The position numbers and the translations under genes are program-made. 64,000 nucleotides of DNA from an uncultured Candidatus Saccharibacteria bacterium (lineage in GTDB: Bacteria > Patescibacteriota > Saccharimonadia > Saccharimonadales > UBA10212), in contig CAZUXR010000002.1 in NCBI GenBank assembly GCA_964624785.1, positions 363 to 64,362 of the forward strand. The letters run 5' to 3'. Positions 39,293-49,593 of the stretch are shown one piece after another. Within the stretch, counting starts at the first letter, position 1. The number at the start of each line of letters is the position of its first letter. The notes under the pieces were generated by a model. The model was not told where the DNA came from and made no database searches. It was given only the letters and a program-made list of their open reading frames with translations.

Positions 39293-40586
39293 AAAGGCCA
39301 AAACTCTAAAAAGTAAATTACCAAGCGTTAAGGGATCGGGACGCCCCAGTCGTGCTATTGGCCAATACATCGTGGCGCTGGATATTGGCACGGAATTCGT
39401 AAAAGCGCTTGTTGGGCGCGTGGTTGGCGAGCAGATAGAAATTATCGGCGTGGGCAAAACCCATCAGCAGCTAACAGATATGCAAGCTGGGGCTATTGCC
39501 GACATCGCGGCGGTAGTTAATAATTGCGACAAAGCTTTAGCGGCCGCCGAACAACAAGCCGGTGTGAGCGTGCGTACAGCAGTAATTGGCATTGCCGGCG
39601 AACTAGTCAAAGGCACTACATCTACGGTTCGCTTTACCCGCAAAAATTCTAGCCAAGAAATTGGCATAGAAGAAATGGGCCGAATAATCGAACTCGTACA
39701 AGAACGCGCCGAAGCCAAGGCTCGCAAAGAGCTAGCTTGGGAACTTGGCGGCAAAGACGTGGATGTGCGATTGGTTAACAGCGCACTGGTGCGCATAGAC
39801 ATCGATGGTTACAAAGTAACTAATCCGGTTGGATTCCAGGGGCGAGACATAGTTGTAGAAATGTACACAGCGTTTGCGCCGATGATTCACATTGGAGCAT
39901 TGGAGCGAACCGCCGCGGAGCTCGACCTGGAGTTGCTTGCTGTGGCCGCAGAGCCATTCGCCGTAGCTAGGTCTATGGTTGGCGATGATCCAAACGCTAG
40001 TATTAGTGCGATTTTAATGGACGTAGGCGGTGGCACAACCGACATTGCCGTTATTAACGAAGGGGGCGTAGAAGGAACCAAGATGTTTGGCATTGGTGGC
40101 CGAGCCTTTACTCACGCCATTGAGCGTGAACTCGACATTGACTTTAATCAGGCAGAAGCCGTAAAAATCGCGCTGGATACTGACCGTGTAGGGCATAAAC
40201 AAAAAGAAGATTCCAAAAAAGCTCTAACCAAAACCTTGAATGTTTGGGCGAATGGGGTAGAACTGGCTCTGTCCGAATTCAACAAACTCGACCACCTGCC
40301 GCATCGCATGTTACTCTGTGGGGGAGGTTCCAGCTTGGAAATGTTGATGGAAAAACTAGATTCCGACGACTGGCACAAGGTGCTGCCATTTACCCGCAAA
40401 CCGATTATTCAGTATATTAAACCCGACGAAGTAGCAGGAATTACCGACACAACTGGCGACGTTACCGACCACACATTTATTACAGCGATGGGCTTGCTGC
40501 GAGTTGGCATGGACACGCTCAGCAATGGCGCAGCCGACAGCCCAGGAACAGTTAAGGATAAACTTAATAGAATATTAAAGATATAA
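39285..40586 (+). CDS. ftsA: Actin-like ATPase, FtsA-like (PilM-like not excluded)
   Basis: IVALDIGTEFVKALVG, MDVGGGTTDIAV, and LCGGGSS. Its 433-aa length fits FtsA. Confidence 0.6.
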   Translation: MLEKAKTLKSKLPSVKGSGRPSRAIGQYIVALDIGTEFVKALVGRVVGEQIEIIGVGKTHQQLTDMQAGAIADIAAVVNNCDKALAAAEQQAGVSVRTAVIGIAGELVKGTTSTVRFTRKNSSQEIGIEEMGRIIELVQERAEAKARKELAWELGGKDVDVRLVNSALVRIDIDGYKVTNPVGFQGRDIVVEMYTAFAPMIHIGALERTAAELDLELLAVAAEPFAVARSMVGDDPNASISAILMDVGGGTTDIAVINEGGVEGTKMFGIGGRAFTHAIERELDIDFNQAEAVKIALDTDRVGHKQKEDSKKALTKTLNVWANGVELALSEFNKLDHLPHRMLLCGGGSSLEMLMEKLDSDDWHKVLPFTRKPIIQYIKPDEVAGITDTTGDVTDHTFITAMGLLRVGMDTLSNGAADSPGTVKDKLNRILKI

Positions 40587-40589
40587 AAT

Positions 40590-42308
40590 ATGACTGCAAA
40601 TAAACCTACCCACTCCGCAAAACCCAGCAAAGACACGATTTATTTGGATGTAGACGACGAAGTAACTTCTATTATCGACAAAGTAGAAAGCGCCAGCCAA
40701 AAAGTTGTAGCCCTTGTGCTACCTAAACGTGCGACAAGCCTGCAGAGCATTGTTAACATGCGACTTTTAAAGCGCAGCGCGGACAATGCTGGCAAAAACG
40801 TGGTGCTAATTACAAGCGAGGCCGCTCTAATGCCGTTGGCCGGAGTTGCTGGTTTGCATGTTGCCAAAAGTCTGCAAAGCAAACCGGTTATTCCTCCGTC
40901 TCCGCTTGGTAGCGCTGTGCAGCCTGCGGTAATCGAAAATGCTAGCCTGGATGATCAGATCCCAGAAGAAGAGATAGATTTAGATAATGCCAAGCTAGAT
41001 TACGATCAACCAATTGGCGAACTGGCCGCAGTTCCTGCAGAAGAAGCCACTATTGCCCTAGGCGACGAAGCGTCAGAAGCTGCAGCGGCAAAACCGCCAA
41101 CCAAAAAGCCTTCTAAAAATAAAAAGTTAGGAGTACCTAATTTTGACAGGTTTAGATTATTACTGATTTTGGGAGGGGCTGGAATAGCCGGGCTATTCAT
41201 ATTTATCTGGTTGGCTGTTGGCGTTTTGCCGCACGCGAAGATTGTTTTGCATACGTCTAGTACGCCTGTTTCTGCTGATTTTAAGCTAACTGCTAGCGGA
41301 GCTGCCAAGACTCTGGATGAAGTCAAAAAAGTCATTCCATCTTCGCTTAAATCTGCCGATCAAATCAGCACTCAGCAAGCTCAAGCGACTGGCCAAAAGA
41401 ATCTCGGCGAGAAAGCCAGCGGCAGCGTCTCTATGTCCGCCACTAAATGCGCGCCAAATATTGGGCAACCGTCCGATGTTCCAGCTGGTACAGGCATTAG
41501 TTCGGGTAGTCTTACATACATAACCCAAACCACAGTAACATTTACGATTAACGGCGGATCGGGAAGCTGCGTAAATTACAAAGGAACTAGCTCAACTACA
41601 GTAACTGCTCAAAAACAAGGCTCCCAGTATAATATCGGAAAAAGTGACTTTACGGTTTCGGGTTATTCGGGGATCAGCGCTAATGGTGGGCCAATGAGTG
41701 GAGGCACCGATAATATCGTCACCGTTGTAACCGATCAGGATATTGCCACAGCCAAAGCTAAGCTAACAAGTGCGGATACCGACAAGTTCTCCAAAGACTT
41801 TCAAGACAAATTAGGGGACGATGTTTATGCGCTTACTTCTACTCTAAAAATTAGCGACCCGGCAGTTACATCTTCCCCAGCGGTTGGCCAGCAGGCTAGC
41901 ACTGCTACGGTAACAATAAAAATTACTCACACTATTTTGACTTTGCAAAAGGCCGACCTGGAAAAAATTCTAACCACCGAACTTACCAATCAAATAGATA
42001 AAACCAAGCAGCGCCTAAGCCCGGGCGATGTTCTTGATGGCATAAACATATCGATTCAAAACCAAGCTTCGCCTACCGATGCAGCACTTAGTGTTAGCAA
42101 AGACACAACTGCCGTTCCGATCATTGACGACGTTTCTATAAAGAATCAGGTAAAAGGCAAAAAGAGCGGCGATATAAAAACTATGCTCGCTAGCTACCCC
42201 GGCGTCAAGAGTGTAGATGTACACCTTAGCCCGTTTTGGGTTTCTAAGACTCCCAACAAAATCAGTAAAATAAAAGTAGTTTTACAAGAAGTTAAACAGA
42301 GCAAGTAG
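40590..42308 (+). CDS. Hypothetical bitopic membrane protein (cytoplasmic N-domain, TM, large T/S-rich extracytoplasmic domain)
   Basis: A single TM near residue 195 (FRLLLILGGAGIAGLFIFIWLAVGVL). No recognised domain. Confidence 0.45.
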   Translation: MTANKPTHSAKPSKDTIYLDVDDEVTSIIDKVESASQKVVALVLPKRATSLQSIVNMRLLKRSADNAGKNVVLITSEAALMPLAGVAGLHVAKSLQSKPVIPPSPLGSAVQPAVIENASLDDQIPEEEIDLDNAKLDYDQPIGELAAVPAEEATIALGDEASEAAAAKPPTKKPSKNKKLGVPNFDRFRLLLILGGAGIAGLFIFIWLAVGVLPHAKIVLHTSSTPVSADFKLTASGAAKTLDEVKKVIPSSLKSADQISTQQAQATGQKNLGEKASGSVSMSATKCAPNIGQPSDVPAGTGISSGSLTYITQTTVTFTINGGSGSCVNYKGTSSTTVTAQKQGSQYNIGKSDFTVSGYSGISANGGPMSGGTDNIVTVVTDQDIATAKAKLTSADTDKFSKDFQDKLGDDVYALTSTLKISDPAVTSSPAVGQQASTATVTIKITHTILTLQKADLEKILTTELTNQIDKTKQRLSPGDVLDGINISIQNQASPTDAALSVSKDTTAVPIIDDVSIKNQVKGKKSGDIKTMLASYPGVKSVDVHLSPFWVSKTPNKISKIKVVLQEVKQSK

Positions 42309-42309
42309 C

Positions 42310-42723
42310 GTGGAAGCAGACGAGTTTTTGAGCCTGGATGTGGGGTTAAAACGCACTGGTATTGCCCGCGGTTCAACACTAGCCAAAATGGCCGAACCGC
42401 TCGAAACTGTAGAAACAGAAAAAGTGATAACCAGGTTGGGCGAACTTGTGAATAACTATGGTGCGATAGGCATAGTTGTAGGCTTGCCGCGTAATTTATC
42501 CGGCAACGACACGGCGCAGACCAGCTGGGTTCGTGATTGGGTTAACCACGCAAAACGCAAAATCGACCTACCATTTTATTGGCAGGACGAGGCATTAACC
42601 AGCAAAATTGCCAACGCTCGCCAAAAAGTTTACAAAAAAATTCACGACATTGATTCGCTTGCAGCTGCTATAATTTTGCAAGACTTCCTCGATTCAGACG
42701 AAGCAAACAGGGTATTAGTATGA
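42310..42723 (+). CDS. ruvX: Holliday-junction resolvase-like YqgF/RuvX
   Basis: LSLDVGLKRTGIA, GIVVGLP.NL.G. GTG start. Confidence 0.85.
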   Translation: MEADEFLSLDVGLKRTGIARGSTLAKMAEPLETVETEKVITRLGELVNNYGAIGIVVGLPRNLSGNDTAQTSWVRDWVNHAKRKIDLPFYWQDEALTSKIANARQKVYKKIHDIDSLAAAIILQDFLDSDEANRVLV

Positions 42724-43760
42724 AAAAGTCGTATCAATTTGGTAAAAAGCGCAGCAGCCGGGTAGCAATTTGGCTGCTAGCTTTTGTTGCGGTTATTACA
42801 ATCGGAGCCGTTGGGGCATTCCATCACTCATACACCAATAACTTGCGTCCCGTTTCGAGCAGTCAGCAAACAGTATTTTTTACCGTTTCTTTTGGCGACA
42901 CAAAACATCAAATTGCCATGAACTTAAAAAATGCTGGTTTGATACGCAATACTCGCGCATTTGAGATTTATGTACGGGGCAGCGAGTTCCAGAATTTGCA
43001 GGCGGGGACTTATACGTTAAGCCCTTCAATGAGCGCTCAAAAAATCGTCAAAAAAATTGCAACCGGGGACGTTACAAAAAACTTAATCACAATTTTGCCC
43101 GGCAAACGACTAGATCAAATTAAAAAAGTATTTACGGACAACGGTTACAGCGCCTCGGATGTTGATCAAGCATTTAACCCAGCCACCTACGCGGGCCACC
43201 CGGCTTTAGCTAGTTTGCCAGCAAGTGCTTCGCTAGAAGGTTATTTGTATCCAGATTCGTTCCAAAAAGAAATTGGAACTCCAGCCACTAAAATTATCCG
43301 CGAATCGCTGGACGAAATGCAAAAAAAATTAACCAGCGACGTTATTGCTGGGTTTAGCGCCCAAGGGCTCGATACTTACAAAGGAATAACTTTAGCGTCG
43401 ATTGTTGCACAGGAGTCATCCGTTCCGGCAGACCAAGCAGTAATCGCCCAAGTATTCTTGCTGCGTTTAAAACAAGGGATGGCGCTTGGTTCTGATCCGA
43501 CTGCGGCATATGCTTCCGCGATTGCAGGTCAGCCACTAAGCTTTAAGATTGATTCGCCATATAATACTCGCGTTAGCGTTGGCTTGCCGCCTGGGCCCAT
43601 TGGAAATGTCACGCAAAACTCCTTGCAAGCGGTGGCTCACCCGTCTAATACTAGTTATCTTTATTTCTTGAGTGGTGACGACGATAAACTCTACCCATCA
43701 TATACAGAGCAGCAACACGAAACGATGATAGAACAGCATTGCCAAAAGAAGTGCAGTTAG
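42720..43760 (+). CDS. mltG: Endolytic murein transglycosylase MltG (YceG family)
   Basis: An N-terminal TM and a YceG domain (GTYTLSPSMSAQKIVKKIATGDV, ...LPPGPIGN). The alaS..ruvX-mltG neighbourhood is conserved in Firmicutes-like genomes. Confidence 0.85.
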   Translation: MKKSYQFGKKRSSRVAIWLLAFVAVITIGAVGAFHHSYTNNLRPVSSSQQTVFFTVSFGDTKHQIAMNLKNAGLIRNTRAFEIYVRGSEFQNLQAGTYTLSPSMSAQKIVKKIATGDVTKNLITILPGKRLDQIKKVFTDNGYSASDVDQAFNPATYAGHPALASLPASASLEGYLYPDSFQKEIGTPATKIIRESLDEMQKKLTSDVIAGFSAQGLDTYKGITLASIVAQESSVPADQAVIAQVFLLRLKQGMALGSDPTAAYASAIAGQPLSFKIDSPYNTRVSVGLPPGPIGNVTQNSLQAVAHPSNTSYLYFLSGDDDKLYPSYTEQQHETMIEQHCQKKCS

Positions 43761-43979
43761 CCCCTCGAATTGCCGATCAGCACAGGGATTTGCTATAATA
43801 AGGTGGCAATTTGCGGATAGAATTACCCATTAAGAGTGTGAGAGCTGCATTTTGCCCCCAACGGAAGCAAAGTTCCTTTAGGAGTCAATATTAGTAACAG
43901 ATCAAAATTTTCGATAATTAACCGCAAGAGTAAAGGTAATTCGCTTTCCGAACTGTCTATTCCTTCTTTTACTCCAAAA

Positions 43980-45014
43980 ATGAACAAACGCAGCAAGCGC
44001 AAACTAATCCGCTGGAGCATAATTAGCGGCAACGTCATGCTACTTTTAATAGTAGCTTTGTTTGTATTAGTTAACCGTACGGCAAGTCAAACTATCAGAA
44101 GCAGCACTTTGGGCGGCGCAACGGCAACAGCCAGTTCTCTGTCTAGTCCGCTCGACCAGCTATCGTCCGAGCAAATTGCCCTGCAAGCTGCGCAAATGGC
44201 TAAAATGCCCGAACTTACAATGGTGCGTAACCGCGCCGATTCCGCGACTGCCGTATTGGCTTCTGCTGCTAACGATTCAACGATTTTAGCAAAACCCCAG
44301 GTAGTATCCACCGCTCAAAAATCCAGAAGGGATATTATCACTTACACCTCGCAGCCGAACGACTCCGTAACTTCGTTGGCTGTAAAATTTGGCGTTAGCG
44401 CCAATGCTATCAAATGGTCCAATGGTTTAAATACGGATGCTATTAAACCTGGCACAAAACTCGTCATCCCCCCAGCCGAAGGAATCGTTTACATGGTTAA
44501 GGCGGGCGATACAGCAGATAGTTTGGTAACGCGCTATCAAGCCAACAAAGATACGCTTATAACTGTAAATGATGCCGAAGGCGGTTTGCCGGTGGGCCAA
44601 TACATATGGATACCAAATGCTATTCAGCCTATTACCACCGTCCGCGGTTTATCAATATCTTCGCTACCAAGTACCGGAGCGCACAGGTATGGTTCGTGCA
44701 GTTTAGGGGTTAATAATGGGTACTTTTGTGGCTGGTGTACTTGGTGGGCGGCATATCGCCGTGCTCAAATAGGCCATCCTGTACCGTCTAATCTGGGTGA
44801 TGCGTATACTTGGGGGCTTGGTCTGCCGCAAAGCCACAAGCCATCCGCTGGTGCAGTTCTTTGGCTTCCAAGAGTTAATCACGTTGGTTTTGTGGAATCC
44901 GTCGGGGCCGACGGTAGCGTATATGTTTCGGAAATGAATCATCAAGGATGGGACGTTGTTAGCTACAAAACTATCCCAGCCGATCAAGCCTCTTCTTGGA
45001 CATACCTTTACTAA
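43980..45014 (+). CDS. Peptidoglycan hydrolase, LysM-LysM-CHAP
   Basis: An N-terminal TM, two LysM repeats (YTSQPNDSVTSLAVKFGVSANAIKWSN; YMVKAGDTADSLVTRYQANKDTLITVN), and a CHAP domain with Cys (CTWWAAYRR) and His (NHVGFVESV). Confidence 0.75.
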   Translation: MNKRSKRKLIRWSIISGNVMLLLIVALFVLVNRTASQTIRSSTLGGATATASSLSSPLDQLSSEQIALQAAQMAKMPELTMVRNRADSATAVLASAANDSTILAKPQVVSTAQKSRRDIITYTSQPNDSVTSLAVKFGVSANAIKWSNGLNTDAIKPGTKLVIPPAEGIVYMVKAGDTADSLVTRYQANKDTLITVNDAEGGLPVGQYIWIPNAIQPITTVRGLSISSLPSTGAHRYGSCSLGVNNGYFCGWCTWWAAYRRAQIGHPVPSNLGDAYTWGLGLPQSHKPSAGAVLWLPRVNHVGFVESVGADGSVYVSEMNHQGWDVVSYKTIPADQASSWTYLY

Positions 45015-45031
45015 CCGTGTAGTGTGTAGAT

Positions 45032-46306
45032 ATGTTTGTAGATAGAGTTAGTTTAACATTACAGGCCGGCGATGGCGGCGACGGCATTGTTAGCTTTCAT
45101 CACGAAAAGTCTTTGTCTATGGGCGGACCAGACGGCGGCGATGGCGGCGATGGCGGCGACATTATCTTTAGATCAAGTCGCAACCAAGATACACTGGCAG
45201 CCTTCCGTTACAAAAAATTTGTAAATGCGGATAGCGGAAAGCCGGGCAGCAAGACAAAATGTCACGGCAAAAACGGCAAAGACTTAATAATAGATGTTCC
45301 GGTCGGAACAGCGGTAATGGATAAAGACGGAAAATTATTAGCTGATTTAGTTAACGACGACCAAGAAGCCAAGCTTGCCCAGGGCGGTAGAGGCGGATTC
45401 GGTAATGCACACTTTATAAGCTCTACACGTCAAGCTCCACGTATTGCGGAAAAAGGCGAAAAAGGCAGAATTATAGAAACCGTTATGGAGCTAAAAATGA
45501 TAGCAGATGTAGGGATAGTTGGGCTGCCAAATGCCGGAAAATCCACACTTTTATCAGTTATTAGTAACGCTAAACCAGAGATTGCTAATTATCCATTTAC
45601 AACCTTGCACCCCAACTTGGGCGTAGTGGATGTTGATGGCAAGACTAGCTTACTTGTAGCAGATATTCCAGGCTTAATCGAGGGCGCAGCAGACGGCAAG
45701 GGTTTGGGCGATGAGTTTTTGCGCCACGTAGAACGTACCAGTGTTTTAGTGCACCTAATAGATGCGTACAACGAAGATATAAAAGAAGCATACACGACCA
45801 TCATGCATGAACTGGCCGCTTACAGAGTAGACCTAAGCACCAAGCCGCAAGTGGTCGCTCTAACCAAAACAGAAGGTATGGACAAAGAGCAGATTGCCGA
45901 TTTGGTTAGTCAAGTCAGCCCATTGGTGCCAAAAGGAACAAAGGTAACCTCGATATCCAGTGCTAGTGGTGCAGGCGTTAAAGAGTTGCTGCGGACCTTG
46001 CAGAAAATCGTTATCGCTGATCGCCAGAAGCATGCTAAAACCGAAGAATCAAAGGTCCCAATAATAACTATAGAAGAAGACGAAGACACCTGGAAGATTA
46101 CAAAAACAGAAGAAGGCTACGTGATAACAGGGAGGAAGGTGGAACGCTTTGCATCCAGAACGCACTTTGATGATTATCACGGGCTGCAGCGCTTGCGCGA
46201 TATCTTGGGGAAAATGGGCATATTACGAGAGCTGCACAGGCAGGGAATCGAGGCTGACCAAAAAATCATAATCGGCAACCCCTCAATAGGCACCCTAGAT
46301 TACTAA
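45032..46306 (+). CDS. obg: GTPase Obg
   Basis: An Obg fold with Gly-rich repeats, G-domain motifs (GLPNAGKST, DIPGLIEGA, TKTE), and a C-terminal OCT-like domain. Confidence 0.9.
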   Translation: MFVDRVSLTLQAGDGGDGIVSFHHEKSLSMGGPDGGDGGDGGDIIFRSSRNQDTLAAFRYKKFVNADSGKPGSKTKCHGKNGKDLIIDVPVGTAVMDKDGKLLADLVNDDQEAKLAQGGRGGFGNAHFISSTRQAPRIAEKGEKGRIIETVMELKMIADVGIVGLPNAGKSTLLSVISNAKPEIANYPFTTLHPNLGVVDVDGKTSLLVADIPGLIEGAADGKGLGDEFLRHVERTSVLVHLIDAYNEDIKEAYTTIMHELAAYRVDLSTKPQVVALTKTEGMDKEQIADLVSQVSPLVPKGTKVTSISSASGAGVKELLRTLQKIVIADRQKHAKTEESKVPIITIEEDEDTWKITKTEEGYVITGRKVERFASRTHFDDYHGLQRLRDILGKMGILRELHRQGIEADQKIIIGNPSIGTLDY

Positions 46307-46350
46307 AAGTAGTCACAAAGTTCACCATCTTCTACCAGTATAATTAATAC

Positions 46351-46367
46351 ATAAAAAGAACATATGC
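46351..46367. repeat. Inverted repeat arm CATAAAAAGAACATATG (left) flanking the PaaX-like gene
   Basis: Its exact reverse complement is at 46978-46994. An extended imperfect match of ~35 bp includes a shared ATTATGTATA. It contains the AACATATG(TT) dyad. Confidence 0.6.
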
Positions 46368-46416
46368 AGGATTATGTATAAAATTATAGCTTGTTATAGA
46401 AATGTTGAAACGTAGG

Positions 46417-46968
46417 TTAACTCAAGTCGGGGAAGTGTTTAATTAGTCTGCGAGTAGAAAGCTCGTCAAAACTGCTGATCTCTACAAGAGAACAGTGCCT
46501 CAGCACATTATAATGTCCGGCAAGCTTTTCTATTTGCTTAAAACATGGGTAGGGGTGGACCCAAACACTTTTTTGCAGCATTACAAAACCCAATGACTTT
46601 AATTTGGCTGCGAGTATTACTCGGCTGCGTGATTGGCTAACGGGCACATCAAACATCACCGCTCTCCATGTCCCATCCCATTTTGCAAGCTTTGGAATTT
46701 CTATTTCGTCAATTGCGACTTGCTGTAAACGGTAGGCGCCAGCAGGAGTTAAGCCAAATGTTATCTTATCCCCGTTCTTAGAAATATGCACAAGATCCTG
46801 GCGCCGTAGCTCGGCCAGGATACGATGATTCTGGGGACCCTTGTTGCCCAGAAGGCTATTTAATCCTGCCGCGGTACTAGTAGCCCTAGCACTAACACCA
46901 GAAAATCCAGCCATACCGATAACTTTTAGTGCAGAATTAATTTCTTGAGTCATTCTAGCCATATACAT
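46417..46968 (-). CDS. PaaX-family-like transcriptional regulator (paralog of 26102..26692)
   Basis: KWDGTWRAVMFDVP...RVILAAKLKSLGFVMLQKSVWVHP, with an N-terminal wHTH. Confidence 0.55.
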   Translation of the reverse strand: MYMARMTQEINSALKVIGMAGFSGVSARATSTAAGLNSLLGNKGPQNHRILAELRRQDLVHISKNGDKITFGLTPAGAYRLQQVAIDEIEIPKLAKWDGTWRAVMFDVPVSQSRSRVILAAKLKSLGFVMLQKSVWVHPYPCFKQIEKLAGHYNVLRHCSLVEISSFDELSTRRLIKHFPDLS

Positions 46969-46977
46969 AATTTTAAC

Positions 46978-46994
46978 ATATGTTCTTTTTATGT
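46978..46994. repeat. Inverted repeat arm CATATGTTCTTTTTATG (right), in the divergent promoter region between the PaaX-like gene and sbcB
   Basis: Reverse complement of 46351-46367. Contains the perfect 10-bp palindrome AACATATGTT. Confidence 0.6.
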
Positions 46995-47054
46995 AGATAT
47001 TCAGTCAATATATATTTGGATGATTTGGGCTTTGTGTCATATTCTTAAGTAGGT

Positions 47055-48479
47055 ATGACTTTTTATTTTTATGACTTAGAAACTAGCGGGTTTGATCCGC
47101 GCAGAGCTAGAATTATGCAATTTGCCGGGCAGCGAACAGATATGGATCTAAAGCCGGTTGGCGACCCGGACAATATTTTAATAAAGATGACACCAGATGT
47201 ATTGCCAGAACCCGATGCAGTATTGGTGCACGGAGTCACTCCGCAGCAGACCCTAACTGACGGTTTGAGCGAAGTAGAATTTGTCAAATATCTGAACAAG
47301 GACGTATTTAAGCCCGACACGATCTTTGTAGGCTATAACAATATACGCTTTGACGATGAGTTTATGCGCTTTACCTTGTGGCGTAATTTTAACGATTCAT
47401 ATGAATGGCAATGGAAGGATGGGCGTAGTCGATGGGATATGCTGGATGTGGCCCGAATGATCCGCGCGCTTAGACCAGAAGGAATTGAGTGGCCATTTGC
47501 AAGCGACGGTTCACCCAGTAATCGTTTGGAACTTCTAGCGTCAGTCAACAAGCTGGATCATGAATCGGCGCATGATGCGTTAAGCGATGTTCAGGCAACA
47601 ATAGCACTAGCCCAGTTATTTAAAGATAAACAGCCAAAAATATTTGACTACCTATTAAACATTCGAGATAAAAATAAAGTTACCGCCTTAGTAAATAGTG
47701 GACAGTCATTTGTATATACTAGCGGTCGCTACCCCGGTGATTACGAAAAAACTACAGTCGTAATAAAGGTCGGAGAAAACTCTACCAAAAATAACGCGCT
47801 TGTTTACGACCTTAGAATCGACCCAACGCCATTTTTAAAAATGAACATAGAAAAGCTAGCCGAGTTATGGGGGCTGCGGGGTCGTGAGGCACCGTATTTC
47901 CCAGTAAAACAGCTTAGCTACAACAAGGCTCCTGCAATTGCGCCTGTTAGCGTGCTTGATAAAAAAACCCAGGATCGACTAAAAATTGATATGCAAGAAA
48001 TTGAAAAAAATCGAAAAACTTTACTGGCGGATAAAGATTTTGGGACTAATCTTGCAGCGGCGCTGGATATCAATATGCCCGGAAAACAAGCCGCCTTAAC
48101 TGTTGATCCCCAAAAGGTGGACGAGCAACTATACGATGGTTTTGTTAGTTCGGAGGATAAGACAAAAATGAGCGCCGTGCGGGCAGCAGATGCACATGCG
48201 TTAGCTAAACTGCATTTAGATTTTAAGGACATGCGTCTTAAAGAGTTACTACCGCTATACAAAGCACGCAACTTCTCAACGGTGATAACGGACGAAGAAC
48301 AAGAAGCCTGGGAAAAATTTAAAGTAACAAGACTACTTAGTGGCGGCGAAGCTAGCGCGGCGGCTAAGTACTTTAAACGCATCGGTGAACTCGGCTCTAA
48401 CGGTGCGCTAGACGAACAAACCAGGTACCTGCTAGAAGAGCTAAACCTATACGGCCAGTCAGTCGTCCCGCTCGAATAG
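47055..48479 (+). CDS. sbcB: Exodeoxyribonuclease I
   Basis: FYDLETSG, GYNNIRFDDEFMR, SRWDMLDV, and ALRPEGIEWP closely parallel E. coli ExoI. Confidence 0.85.
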   Translation: MTFYFYDLETSGFDPRRARIMQFAGQRTDMDLKPVGDPDNILIKMTPDVLPEPDAVLVHGVTPQQTLTDGLSEVEFVKYLNKDVFKPDTIFVGYNNIRFDDEFMRFTLWRNFNDSYEWQWKDGRSRWDMLDVARMIRALRPEGIEWPFASDGSPSNRLELLASVNKLDHESAHDALSDVQATIALAQLFKDKQPKIFDYLLNIRDKNKVTALVNSGQSFVYTSGRYPGDYEKTTVVIKVGENSTKNNALVYDLRIDPTPFLKMNIEKLAELWGLRGREAPYFPVKQLSYNKAPAIAPVSVLDKKTQDRLKIDMQEIEKNRKTLLADKDFGTNLAAALDINMPGKQAALTVDPQKVDEQLYDGFVSSEDKTKMSAVRAADAHALAKLHLDFKDMRLKELLPLYKARNFSTVITDEEQEAWEKFKVTRLLSGGEASAAAKYFKRIGELGSNGALDEQTRYLLEELNLYGQSVVPLE

Positions 48480-48546
48480 CCAAATTACCCCGGATTACAA
48501 CCGCGGAAAGAACCTTATTTGAACTGTATTTTGCTATAGTTAGGTC

Positions 48547-49452
48547 ATGAAACATAGACCTACTCCCGGACAGGAATTTATCGGTCCTGCGAGTCTGCTT
48601 AGTGTTGGTGTGTTGTATGGTCTTTCAGCCGTAATAGTCAAGTATTTGTCAGATTCGATAGACGCATATCAGGTAGTCGAATACAGGTTTGGCATTGCAC
48701 TTATCGGGGCGCTATTTGTGCTCATTTTCTTTAAACAGAAGTTTGAGTTTAAGGAGCTCAATAAAAGGGTATTGGCGGCTTTCGCCATCACGTTTCCCGC
48801 TTCGGCTATATTGTTCACATTCTCTATTTTTCATGCATCTGTTGCACTTGCAGTATTTTCGTTCTACACGGCAAATCTGGTGACCCAATTTGTATTAGGT
48901 CGAATATACTTCGGCGAAAAAATAGATTTGTTGAGGCAGCTGGCGTTTGTGGCTTCGGTGTTGGCGCTTATTTCTTTTACGGATCCATTTAATAATTTCT
49001 CGGTAACGCTTGGTCTAGTTTTTGGTCTCATCTCGGGAGTGGTACAGGGCGTTGCATCGAGCTTCCAAAAACTACTCAGCAACTCTTCAAATAAGTGTAG
49101 CTTGCTCGTTATCCAAGCCTTTACGGGTGCCGCTATGGCTTTTACGATTTTACTGATAACCGGTCAACCCATAGCTCCGGATCTTAGTGGCATGCAGTGG
49201 CTTATTACGACGCTCTTTGGACTGAGTATGTTAGCAATTATGTATTTGTTCTTAGTCGGCTACAAATACACGAATCTAAACGTAGGTAGCATATTGGTAT
49301 CGAGCGAGCTATTATTCGGCCCCCTCTTTGCATTCCTGTTGCTATCGGAGCATGTATCGGCAAGTATTATTGTTGGCGGCATCTTTACAACTATTGCCGC
49401 AGTATTAGCAAGCATACGTCCACATGGTCAAAGATTACGGGCGACGGCTTGA
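48547..49452 (+). CDS. DMT-superfamily (EamA-like) transporter
   Basis: A 10-TM profile with duplicated EamA-like halves. Confidence 0.7.
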   Translation: MKHRPTPGQEFIGPASLLSVGVLYGLSAVIVKYLSDSIDAYQVVEYRFGIALIGALFVLIFFKQKFEFKELNKRVLAAFAITFPASAILFTFSIFHASVALAVFSFYTANLVTQFVLGRIYFGEKIDLLRQLAFVASVLALISFTDPFNNFSVTLGLVFGLISGVVQGVASSFQKLLSNSSNKCSLLVIQAFTGAAMAFTILLITGQPIAPDLSGMQWLITTLFGLSMLAIMYLFLVGYKYTNLNVGSILVSSELLFGPLFAFLLLSEHVSASIIVGGIFTTIAAVLASIRPHGQRLRATA

Positions 49453-49593
49453 GTATAACTATAGACTCCGTATCTGTTTTTAGTGTATAATTACCCAGCA
49501 CTAAAAACTTGAAATTCCACAATCTGATTACAGACTGCTCTATTCAGGTTTGTAATGCTTGGGCATGTTCGACTTATATTATTGGAGGTTTGA

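Noticed and set aside
39285-40586. Assigning the actin-like ATPase firmly as PilM of a type IV pilus
   Set aside because: The downstream 572-aa protein does not look like PilN/PilO, and no other pil genes are nearby. The length and motifs fit FtsA, so it is reported as FtsA-like with that caveat.
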